Assembly (NCBI GenBank): GCA_964247055.1
Contig: OZ176054.1
Coordinates: 6,696,001-6,760,000, forward strand
Direction of reading: 5' to 3'
DNA length: 64,000 nt
Origin: Paragordius varius
Lineage: Eukaryota > Animalia > Nematomorpha
Made by a program: the position numbers and the translations under genes. This document shows, piece by piece, positions 1-11,040 of this stretch; position 1 is the first letter of the stretch, and the number at the start of each line of letters is the position of its first letter. The notes beneath the pieces are model-generated. The model was not told where the DNA came from. It did no database searches and was given only the letters and a program-made list of their open reading frames with translations.

Positions 1-2125
1 AACTTTACTCAATATTTACGCTATATCCATCAATATAAGAAATATAGAATTCAAAGGTACATCACCTAGCCATTCAAGTCTAATCCTTATTTAATAGCTT
101 ATGGTAAAACAGGGTTAAATTTTACCGAATGACAAAGGATACAGGTGTAGCCAGGATCGATTAAATAGAACCCATAAAGCAGCTTGTGAAACTGTCAAGT
201 GAAAAGCGATGTCCCAACCAAGCTGCGAGATAAATTTTTATTTGGCTTAAAAAACCCTAACGTTGAGAGTGGACAAAGCACATTTCCTATGGGAAAAAAA
301 GATGGTATTTAAAAGAGTTTGTGGGTATATTTAATTTAAAATTACTGCTTTAGCCCCTCTTACCGGCTAAACATGTTCAAGAAGGGTAAATTGGGCGCCT
401 CCCATGCAGGGTTTTATGAAATAAAATGGTCTCTTGCGCCTTGCTTTAAGCATCTATTTTAACGAACAAGCGAAATCGTTTTTTAAGCATTAATACCTAG
501 GGTTTGGTCAATAGTTCATAAAAAATATCTTCTTGCCTGTGTCAAGATTATTTTTGTAGCATCTGGGACTCATTGCCGAGCATAAACGGCTGGCCTTTTT
601 GGCTGGGAGATATTAATATCATTAGTTATAATTAAAGCGGGTATAAGGTAATAGAATACAATTATGAGATGTATTATAAAAAGTGAAAATAATCGGCCGA
701 CCTATTATCCAGATTGGCCCTCGCATTCTTAATTCTGCAAACATATCGCCCGATTTCCATTTTTTCATCCAATCGTAACTGACAATGCCAGCTGCTTATA
801 CCAAAAGATTCGAGCCGATGTTACAAAATTAAAAAGGCACAACCGCGTCACACCTATTAGCCAAAGACCAACGGGTTGGTAGAAGGAGTAGGACAAACTT
901 TGAAAACTAAATATAATCACCATAGCCAAATCATGCATATAAAGCTGCGAATGGCGTTTTATAATGCTACAGATGCGCTTTATATCCAAAAGATCAAGTT
1001 TTCAACCCTATCTATAGGTTAAAGTCGAACCCGGTCAAATTTATAGGACATGAATTGGAACATCGCCAATTTCAGCCCAATCAACATATCTACATAACAA
1101 ATGAATTGACTAAAAAGTTATGAAGTTAAGAGGAAGGAGTCAGCGGAAAACAGGTGGATCAGTTTCAAGAAAAAATAAAACATCTAGATACAGATACTGA
1201 TATGGCTCTTGGGGTAAATAATGCTTGTCACATACTTTATACCTAATATCAACAGCTGAAAATCTACAGTCGAAACTACCCTCACCCCAGAAACGAATAC
1301 TCCGGTAAACCAACACAATTACCTAGCACGGGGTCAAACTACTCCTAGCTTACGTGTTGTTTAAGAAAACCCGACCTGAAACAAAGATCCTTTGCGTAAG
1401 CATCAACCTCATAGATTAACTTAGAAGGAAAGTAACGTAAGATGGAAAAAACATACATTCATTACACATAATACAAACATGCCTTTTTATAGATAGAATT
1501 ATATGTTAAACACCGACAAGAAGCTCTTTTCTTAACGAACAATCACCTTTATCATCAAAATAAGAATTGTCATTTCAAAAATTTTTTCAATATGACGATA
1601 ATCTGTCCAATTCGTAAGACTCAAAAATGTACATATTTAAGTGTGGTATCATTACTACATAGTCCCGATTCCGCTTCTGTTATAATTTTGCGCGTTTAAT
1701 TTTTATAAACAACTTTAAAAACAGATTAGGTATTTTAAATCCAAGCTAAAAGTAAACTAAATTTCCGACCCGATGTATTTTAATATCATTAAATTGTTTA
1801 AAAATCGCATTTTTACCTTATTGAGAAAACAGACATTCAACCCGGATGTCATCAAACTTATTAACATTTAAACTGTAAGTTTGAACTGTTTCCACCCAAA
1901 AAGTAAAGTAAAGAATTACATTATGAAATTAAATAAAGATGATTTAATTCCACTTAGTTTCCTTAAAAATTAGATGCACTTACATGTTTAACCAAATCAC
2001 GAATAACCGAACATTTAATCTCGTTTTATTAACTATCTTTATTAATATTTAATTTCTTGACACTCGAACTATGCTTGATATAATTTTGATCGAATTATTT
2101 CTTACCTGATATCTTGATTCAACAT
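1..2125 (+). mobile_element. Decayed Gypsy/Ty3-like LTR retrotransposon internal fragment (copy 1, begins at window edge)
   Basis: Frameshifted integrase-core motifs on +: DLLSRL (about 700), IVTDN (772), PKTNGLVEGVGQTLK (861), matching the consensus HPQxNGxxERxxxTLK. A gag-like LRDKFLFGL lies at about 225. The whole block is repeated at 20217-23785. Confidence 0.65.
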
Positions 2126-2359
2126 AAACTAAATTTGATTTGCAGTCAAAAAAATATAAAAAAAAATAATTGTTATAATCTTAAAATTCAAATACGAACA
2201 TGACAAGAACCAATTTGTAGTCTTCAAGGACCAAAAATTTTAAAGGCAACTTAATTTTAGCAACTTAACGTTTGAAATAATATTTAGAAAATTTGGCGAT
2301 TCTTAATATATTTTATATAATTTACAAAAAAATAAGATTTTAATACAAAATAGGCACCC

Positions 2360-2440
2360 GGTGCAAAAATCCGTGATGGTGCTCCTTCCTCCTCCATGCA
2401 ACCCCTTGAATGTTAAAAAAAATAATCAAATTCAAACCGT
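2360..2440 (-). mobile_element. Fragment of the non-autonomous hAT MITE family seen at 49479-49736
   Basis: The reverse complement (tttgaatttgattatttttt...aaggggttgcat...ccatcac.gatt..tgcac) matches the 3' half of the 49479 element. Confidence 0.6.
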
Positions 2441-3099
2441 GAGCGGGACGAAATGTGGCACGTCACAAACAGAAATACGTGAAAAAAACATGCACATTCA
2501 ACCCCATTCCTTTGAAAACGACGGCTTGCTGAGCAAATGTATCAGGAATTGAAAATAAGATATTAGTTTCTGCGCGAAAATTATGACTTAGTAAGTTGTG
2601 TAAAAGCAGTATTCAAACTGAATTCGAATGCCCGACTAAAAATTGTTTTTGGAAAAAGGCTTGCGTCCGAAAAAGAGTGGCAATCCTTAAGTATTAAGAA
2701 CTTCAAAAAAATGCCACAAAAATTAAATATAGATTTTCATGGCTACATTCTTAGACATAAATATTGAACTATAGGGGTATTAATTATATGCCTTATGGTC
2801 TGAATCAATGGCATATGGTTAAGGTGACCAGACGTCCCGCTTTTGGCGGGACAGTCCCGCTTTCTCACACTTTGTCCCGCTCCCGCTGCGTTTTTGAAAT
2901 GTCCCGCTTTTTCACGATTATATAAAAAAATTTTTTTTTAATACAAATAAATTTTTTTATCCGTTTATATTTTTTATAATATCTTTAAAATCTATTCAAT
3001 TTTAAATTAAAATTTTTAATTTTAAATTAAAATATTTATTTTTTTCGAATTTTTATCATATGTTTATACACTTTGCTTCCTACTACTACTGTCATCATT

Positions 3100-3505
3100 A
3101 TCAAAAAGCCAAGTTAATACCACAAATCTCTAGATTAAAAGACAAATTAATACCACAAATCGGTAGCTTACACGTTTATTTCAGAAAATTAAGGTAATAT
3201 AATATTTACTATGCTAATATTTTAGTTTTGTTACTTGCTAACATATCAAAAAGCCAAATTAATACCATAAATCGATAGCTTAAAAGACAAATTGATACCA
3301 CAAATCGCTTACACGTTTAATCCAGAAAATTAAGGTAATATAAAATTTACTATGCTAATATTTTAGTTTTGTTACTTGCTAACATATCAAAAAGCCAAAT
3401 TAATACCATAAATCGATAGCTTAAAAGACAAATTGATACCACAAATCGGTACCTTACACGTTTAATCCAGAAAATTAAGGTAATATGATATTTATTATAC
3501 TAATA
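3100..3505. repeat. Tandem repeat, about 141-145 bp unit, about 2.8 copies, inside the hAT 5' region
   Basis: Units begin atcaaaaagcc at 3100, 3245 and 3386. Confidence 0.9.
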
Positions 3506-3518
3506 GTAGTTTATAATT

Positions 3519-5274
3519 ATGAGCACAAAAAGAGGTTGTAAATTCAACGATGAATTAATGAAAGATTTTCCTTTTATCAAAAAAACGAAGGATGAATCAT
3601 TTGTTAAATGTCTTATATGCGAGCGGGAATCCTAGCACATGGCGGCAAGCATGATATTACAAAGCATATGGAATCACAGAAACATAAAAAATGTTTAGAT
3701 ATGGGGGCATCATCTTACAAAATGAGCGATGTTTTTCGAAAAACCGCTTTTGGAGAGGAAGAAAAGAATTTGGCACTAGCTGAGGGCGTGTTATCATTTC
3801 ACGCCGTTAATCACAATCATTCCTTTAGATCTATGGACTGTACCTCACAGGTTATTCGCACCTTATTCAATAAAAAAATTTACATGTACCCGTACAAGGG
3901 CTGAAGCCATTGAATGCAATGTCCTTTCGCCACATGCATTTTCTGAAATACAAAAAGATTTACTGAAAATTAATTTCATATCGCTATACTTTTATGCATC
4001 TCACAAGGAAACAAAATTATTTCCCAAATAAGATATTTTGATCCAGAAACTGGAGTAATTAAAATTTCAGATTTTATTTCGCTACCCGGTGTAAATTCCG
4101 ACATAAGTTTTACTTCAATAATGAATATTTTAGAAAATAATAATTTAAAAGACAAAATTATCGCATATTGCGCTGATACCATTACGAACTTCGGTGGAAA
4201 AGCAAGGAGGGGAACAAAAAATATTTTTCATAAATTACAGATAATCCTAATCAAAACATTATTGGCGTTGGATGTGCAGCGCATTTGCACAACGCTATTT
4301 TAACAGCTACTGATTTGTTACCCCTAGATGTGGAAAATTTAGTTATTAAAATATATATCTTTTTTATATATACACGGTACGCGTTGAAACGCTTAACGAA
4401 TTCTGTGAAAATGCTTGGATATTGTAAAACTCGTTGGTTAGCTCCTCTGCCAGCTATCAAAAGAATTTTAAAAATGTATGATTCTTTAATATCCTACTTT
4501 ATATCACAGGACAAATGTCCTACAACTTTGGAAAAGTTTTTTGAAAGTGATTCTTTAAAAATATGGTTAGAGTCCCTACATAATCAAGCTTCTCTCTTTC
4601 AAAATGTTATTAAATTGATAGAAGGTGACAAAATTTCGGCAATTGAATTAGTCAATTAAGTTAGAACCTAATTCCAATGTCAAGAAAGGTTAGAAAATAA
4701 TTTTATACCATTAACCATCCGCAATTAATTTTGAAAAACAAGGCTTAATAAATCGCCAAGATATCCTGTACCATATAAAAATGTTTTATACAAACTGTAA
4801 AGATTATTTGGAAGACTGGACGACGCAATTCAATGAAATTGATCATTTTCATTGAATAACATTAAATCCATAATTTAATTGGTGCGATGTTCAAAAATCA
4901 TTTGATTATAACTGTTCCCAAAAATTCTTAGTTAAAAGATATATAAATAATGAAAAACTTATATGGACAAAAAAATATACAGTAGAAAAGAAATGGCTGG
5001 AAATATTTCATCATTTTGAAGCCAACTATATTATATACAATAATATTTAAAGTGGAATTTTCACTATCTTTACCTGGAACCAACGCTACTGAGCGCGTTT
5101 TTTCCATAGGTGTGGACATCGGAAAAATCAAATTTAAATGTTGAACCTTTGAAGGCCGTTTTATCTGTCAAATATAATTTGACAAATTCTTGTGAATACT
5201 TCTACAATATTTTAAAAAATGATGACAATCTGCTAAAACGCATTCACTCAAACAAAAACTATACCAAAGAATAA
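3519..5274 (+). pseudogene. hAT transposase pseudogene
   Basis: BED-finger-like CLIC...HGGKHDITKH...KH, IAYCADT, the CxxH motif GCAAH, TRWL, and the C-terminal dimerisation motif SLPGTNATERVFS. Multiple frameshifts and stops. Confidence 0.9.
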
Positions 5275-5294
5275 AATATATTTCTTATATTTAT

Positions 5295-6140
5295 AAAGTT
5301 TTTATGTTAAAAAATATACAAAATTACTTAAAATATTGTACAAGTCTTCATAATTTGTCAAATTATATTGGAACACATAAAATGGCACTTATTCAACATT
5401 TAAATTTGATTCCTTGTCCTTACTTAATTTACTGTGGAAAAACGCGTTCAATAGCAGTGGTTCAGGTAAAGATAATGCAAATTCTACAATTAAAATATTA
5501 TTGTATGGAACATAATTTGTTTAAAAATGAATATATTAACCATTTCTATCCTACGTATTTTTTGTCCATAATATAAGTTTTCATTCAATATATTTATTTA
5601 ATAATGAGACTCCATAAAAAAGTGTCATTGTGCACCGTCTTGTCTTCCAAATAATCGTTTCTGTTTGTATAAAACATTTTTATATTCTGGCTATTCATTG
5701 AGCCTTGTTTTTCTGGATGCTTTATAATATTGCGATTAGGTAATATTATAAAATCATTTTCTAACCTTTTTCGACTTGAAATTTTGACCTTGGTCCTGTG
5801 ATAAAAAATAGGATTCTAGGAGATCACATTTTTATAAATATTTCGATCGCTGGCAAAAGAGCTAACCAACAGTTCTACAATATCCAAGCATTTTAACATC
5901 TATATTTTCCACATCCAGGGGTAACAAATCAGTAGCTGTTTGAATAGCGTTGTGTATCTACCAATAATGTTTTGATTAAGATTATTCGCTAAATTGTTAA
6001 AAATATTTTTTGTGCCGCTTCTTGCATCACCCAGCCCACTTTGTGATGATTTCGTCTTTATTATTTTTTTCTAGAATATTACAATCACTTCACCCTTTGT
6101 TCGTGCACTAAATTTATTGAATAAGGTACAAACAACCTGT
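5295..6140 (-). pseudogene. Inverted, internally deleted second copy of the same hAT transposase
   Basis: The reverse complement aligns block-wise to 3845-5275, e.g. acagctactgatttgttacccct.gatgtggaaaat, atgcttggatattgta, ataaaaatgttttatacaaac, aatataatttgacaaatt. Confidence 0.9.
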
Positions 6141-7212
6141 AAGGTACAAATTTTTTTATATTTATAATGTATTTGTGTTAAAAATAAATAAATATTACAA
6201 TAAATTTTTTGTACAAAAATTTTTGGTGGTACCCCCCAATGACCCCCCCCCCTTCTCAGATTTGTCCCTTTTTCCTTCAAAAAATCTGGTCACCTTACAT
6301 ATGGTACAATTTTTATTTCTTAAAAGATTTTTTTTCAGGTCCTCTATTGTATGGCTGTTGTCAAAAAGTATTGAGGCGCCGTTGTTAGACAGAAACGCTA
6401 TTGTCGAAGTACTATCGACAAATGTTGCGGCCCAGTGTTCGGCAGAGGTGTTGTTAAATTATTATTATCCGAAGGTGTTGTTGTCGGATTACATGTAAAC
6501 CAATTACTATAAAGGGAATGTTGATTTATTTACATAAGAAAAGTAATAATATGTGTTACATTAAAACATTCTATAATATATATCATATGATCACATATAA
6601 TTACATCACAATATCAATTATCTTAAATTTTGGGCCGACGTTGTTTAGCAGTAAAGTGGGATCGGTATGATTAGCATTTTGCAATATGATTGCAACCTTT
6701 CTCGCAATTATTGTATGGTAAAATTTTCTTTCAACTTTCGTTTTTTATATTGAAAACCGCTAAGTTTAGGCATTCCTGATAATACAAATTTAATTAAAAT
6801 GATTATTTTTCTTATTTGAACTATTATCATATTCTACTCATCTAGATTATATTACAGAGCAAACGATTGATTGGATAAAACTTAAAAATATTAAAGCTTT
6901 AGTTAAACCGGAACCATTTTAGGGTTCGATTTTAAGTCCGTTTTTTTCTGATTACAATTCCTGTTCCATTTTTTAATCAAGAACTTTTTTTCCAAAACGG
7001 TTCCACTATATTTTGATCAAAAATCTTAATTTTTTATTTTTTGAGGCAATAGATACAAATTATACGTTAAAATGGCCATGAAAACAAACAATATAATTGT
7101 TTAACCGGTTTAAACGTAACTCTAATCCACTTATCAATATTGATTTATAAAATATATTTAAGGGCCATATGTTAAAATACTTTAAGACCTGGATACAACA
7201 CACTCATTTTAG

Positions 7213-7746
7213 TCCTTCGATTCAAATTGGGGTAGTTGGATACCCCAGGCCTGTTTAAAATCAAATACTTTAAAAAGTATGCAAGGCATCGAAACCATGG
7301 CAAAATTTTGCACTTATATAACATTAATAAACCGATATATATAAAAAAAATTATTCACAAACACTAGATATTACTTATTTTAAGCTAAAACCAAAAGGTC
7401 AAAATTTTGGCAACGTGACATGTGTCAAATTTTAAAATTTAAAAAATAATACAAGATAAACCGCTTTTTCTATTTCCATCAATGTTGGATGTAATTTATA
7501 TAAAAATTAGCTTTAGTTTTACTCTTAAAATTAAATGAAGACGATATTTTGCAAAAATTTTGTAAAAAAAATGGCGTCGAAGTAGTTTCAGATGGAACTT
7601 TTTTTTCAAAACAAAATTTTATTTAGATATTTTGGCATTCGTATAATTTTTATCAGGATAGAAGCATAAATTTGAATTAGGACTGTTTCCTTCAGTAGTT
7701 TTTTTTAAAAATATTAATTTAAGATACCCCAATTTGAATCGAAGTG
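7213..7746. mobile_element. piggyBac-like MITE, copy 1
   Basis: TIRs cttcgattcaaattggggta / taccccaatttgaatcgaag. TTAA on the right and TTAG on the left. Homologous to 10496-10935 and 30286-30680. Confidence 0.7.
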
Positions 7747-8364
7747 TTAAGCTGTGCATTTTGTATCTTAATAATACTTGACATGTATCAAAATTATATA
7801 ATCATATTTGATTCCTCTATAATGGATAATGGAATAATGAAAAAAGAAATATAATTCCAAGAAGAAAAGAGTAAAGTTGCTATTGCCAGCAAAAAAATGG
7901 TTTTAAGTAAAACAAAAAAAGAAAAAAAGCACGGCATAATATATGTAGTTGATGTACCATGTCCTCAATTGGGATAGAAAAATAACCATTTATTTAGGAA
8001 TTCGATATTGTAATATAAATTTAAACATTAACATAATGGGTGACATTTATAATTTTGAAAAGAAAATTAATATAAATAATGATCATATCCTTATATCTGA
8101 CACTTTGGTGATTTAAAGCAAATATTTTAAGGTAGGGCACATGAATGATATAAACAGGTTGAGGTTTAGAAAGGTACGAAGATAAAATGAAAAGACATAA
8201 TAAATAAGAATATAAAACAGTTGTTAGATTTAAATATTGATAATAAAGGAGAATTTCGATCAAGATTCAGGGTCATGACTACTCATAACTGGATAATTTT
8301 TTATGTATTGTTTAAAATAATAACTTTTCAATATCTATTTTTTAAAAATTAATATTTTTTGATA

Positions 8365-8433
8365 TCCGGGGCCCCCTCAACTATGGCGCCCGGTGCATCA
8401 GCCCCCCTTTCCATCCCTTAGCTATACCACTGA
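8365..8433. mobile_element. Right end of a GC-rich hAT-type MITE
   Basis: gggccccc...ggcgcccggtgca...tagctataccactg resembles the termini of the 18071 and 49479 elements. No left end or TSD found. Confidence 0.45.
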
Positions 8434-9394
8434 CCCATTCTATAGTTGGTAGATTAAATCCTATTGGGTAACTTGTTTATTTTTTGCTATTCCCTAAATT
8501 TTAGCATTCCCATTCAACCGACGTGAATCTACTACATTATTTTAAAAGTATTAATGGTAAAAAATTATTATATATATAGAGATTTTACAATTATATTGAT
8601 ATTTTCAGGGAATTTTTTTATAGGTATAAAAATTTAAAAGCAATAATTTTTGATACCGCAATCCATTATTGATCTGAATACTTATTTATAATCTATTTCT
8701 ACCAAGTAATATCAATTATTGACATATATGTACGTAATAATCTTAATGAATTGAATTAAACATTGACATCTTGTTTGAATATTTGTAAATTAATAAGTAA
8801 TGTAAGGGGCACATCTTCCACATTTATAGCCTTTTAATGTAATAAATCTTATAAAAAAAGTTTCAAAGGTGTTAGAATTCTACTCTAGAGTTTAAATAAG
8901 AACGTAAAATCCCAGCCATAATATCATATTCCGCATGAAATATAAATTATATATTAAAATATATTTATTTACATAATGTAAAAACGATAATATTTTATGT
9001 GAGATAGCTTTATATTATATTAAAATATATTTATATTCAACATGTAATAAAATAAATGCCAATATTTAATTAATTGTAAATTTTATAAAATATATTATGT
9101 ATCAGAAACCATTATGCATTTAAAAATATTGAGTATATAATAAATAAAATTTTCGTAAAGTTGACAAAAACTTCTGTATCATCTTGCGCGTCTTGCATAA
9201 TAATTGACCGTATATCATTCAATTGTAACTTGATTTGAGGTTAGATGGATAATGGGCATCTAATTCCAATATCAAATTTTTAAGACTGTTAAATTGCAAG
9301 TTACATGTTTTAATATATTACAATAATTAATAGGTTTTTAAAAATTCAAGAGATTTATGAATATTGGTTAAGATTCTCATAGAGTTATGGCACG

Positions 9395-10399
9395 TTATTC
9401 ATTTTCTAATGTTGTTTTATTGTTTATATCGGAAGAGGATGGGCTATCACATGCTGGGACATCCAAAATTATTTGATTTTCTTTGGCCATTTTCGATGTA
9501 TAATTTTGAATGGCTTTGCTATATAGTTGATTTAATGAGCATAAATCAACCTTAGGATGGTTTAAAAATATTGATAAATCTAAATTCTTAACATCTTCAT
9601 TCTCACAAATCAACATATCGAATTGAGTTCTAATTTCAGGCTTAAATGAAATTACATTTGAATTATCTATAGTCATTTCTAACTTTAATATTTCATCGAG
9701 TCTTTGTTTTGATGAAAGCAATCCTTCATTATAAGTTTTATATATAAAATCACTCACTTTAACTATATTATTATTATTATAAGTTTTGGAATTAATTATG
9801 ATGGCTGCCTTAAAAAACCTTATTCTATCTTCATCATCAAAAGTTTTGGATGTCCCATCTACTTCGATAAATCCGTGTTTGGGAACAATACTAGCTGCTC
9901 CTGGAGCTCTAAAAGCAAATGGAAAGTTTTTAGTTGAATTAGAATATTTTGCTTTTCCAGTTAATTTTCTCTTATTATAAATATCTACACAAACATAACC
10001 GTAGAAATAGGCAATTCTTGGGAGAGTAAAAGTTTCCGGATCTTTTGGCTTCCCAGAAATATTAAACAATTTGCTCAGCATAATAAAATTTGCTTTTGTC
10101 ATCCCGTTGGTTTTCTTCAGTATATTTTCTGGTTTAGTATCTACAACACAGTATAATAAAACTAAATATGCCATATGATAAGTAAAATTTTTAATAGTTC
10201 CATCCGACCAAGTTTTTTCATGGACAGTTGCAGATTGTTGTCTTGCATTAGCAATTGCAATCATAATCAAGGGATCATAACTTGGTGCTTCCATCATTTC
10301 TAAGTCTTCAATTGTGAGAAGAAATTTTGTATTTCGAAACATTGCATCAACTGCTTCAAAGGATCTTATTAATTCGTCAAGGCTTTTAAAATTTTCCAT
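9395..10399 (-). CDS. Endogenous viral element: Phenuiviridae (phlebo/tenuivirus-type) nucleocapsid-like protein, intact 334-aa ORF
   Basis: Uninterrupted ORF with ATG context aacATGg. Motifs fall in the order and approximate spacing of phenuivirus N: SYDP (GFDP), LVLLYCVVDTKPENILKK (LxLxxTRGNKxxKxxKK), LFNISGKPKDPETFTLPRIA (YxLxxxxxxxxDLTLSRIA), NFPFAFRAPGAASIVP (xYPxxMMHPxFAGLID), GLLSSKQR (SFLTxxQR). By-eye alignment only. Confidence 0.72.
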   Translation of the reverse strand: MENFKSLDELIRSFEAVDAMFRNTKFLLTIEDLEMMEAPSYDPLIMIAIANARQQSATVHEKTWSDGTIKNFTYHMAYLVLLYCVVDTKPENILKKTNGMTKANFIMLSKLFNISGKPKDPETFTLPRIAYFYGYVCVDIYNKRKLTGKAKYSNSTKNFPFAFRAPGAASIVPKHGFIEVDGTSKTFDDEDRIRFFKAAIIINSKTYNNNNIVKVSDFIYKTYNEGLLSSKQRLDEILKLEMTIDNSNVISFKPEIRTQFDMLICENEDVKNLDLSIFLNHPKVDLCSLNQLYSKAIQNYTSKMAKENQIILDVPACDSPSSSDINNKTTLENE

Positions 10400-10416
10400 G
10401 TTAATAGATTAATTAT

Positions 10417-10471
10417 CTTAAAATGTTGAACGGCTGATGATTTAATGTTTTAGAGTTAATTGAAAGCTTAC
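10417..10471 (-). other. Candidate 55-nt spliceosomal intron in the 5' UTR of the nucleocapsid-like ORF
   Basis: On the minus strand it reads caa|GTAAGC...aacattTTAAG|, ending 17 nt upstream of the ATG at 10399. Confidence 0.45.
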
Positions 10472-10495
10472 TTGAATACAACACATTCATTTCAG

Positions 10496-10935
10496 TCCTT
10501 GGATTCAAATTGGGGTTGTTGGATACCCCAGGCCTGTTTAAATTTAAAAACTTTATAAAATATGTAAGTAATTAAAACCATGGCAAAAATTTGCACTTAT
10601 ATATTAATAAACCGAAATATATAAACTTATTTATGAATACAAAGGTAAAAATTTAGTCGTAACATGTGTGCAATGGCTAAATTGAAAAATAATACAAAAT
10701 ATACCACTTTTATTTATATCAATGTTATATGTAATGTTAATAAATAATTAGCTTTAATTATAGCTTTAAAAATAAATGAACACGATATTTGCAAAAAAAA
10801 TTTAAAATAAAAATGGCGTCTATAATTTTTATTAGGATAGACGCATAAATTTAAAACGAGAGTGTTTCTTCAGTAGTTTTTTAAAAATATTAATTAAATT
10901 TAGTCTGAGGTATTTAGATACCTCAATTTGAATCG
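10496..10935. mobile_element. piggyBac-like MITE, copy 2 (same orientation as copy 1)
   Basis: Colinear with 7213-7746 along its length (ggataccccaggcctgttta, ccatggcaaaa.tttgcacttatat, aaaaatggcgtc). Right TIR is cctcaatttgaatcg. Confidence 0.75.
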
Positions 10936-11040
10936 TTTAATCTTTGGGGAGTTAAATTTAAAAACCACGTAAGCTATTTTTTTATAATATGATGGGGTAC
11001 TTTCTTCCCAAACATTCATTGGTACACAATTTCTCAATAA

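Larger units (their letters stand above)
2820..6297 (+). mobile_element. hAT-superfamily DNA transposon (Blackjack-like termini), defective, internally rearranged
   Basis: 13-bp TIRs TAAGGTGACCAGA / TCTGGTCACCTTA. Perfect 8-bp TSD CATATGGT at 2812-2819 and 6298-6305. Confidence 0.95.

Noticed and set aside
6175-6498. 107-aa ORF spanning the hAT right end
   Set aside because: It crosses the TIR/TSD junction, so it is a chance chimeric frame.
9364-9980. Plus-strand ORFs 9364-9555 and 9786-9980 as an ambisense viral NSs
   Set aside because: They are short and overlap the N-like ORF, whereas true ambisense genes are non-overlapping and separated by an intergenic region.
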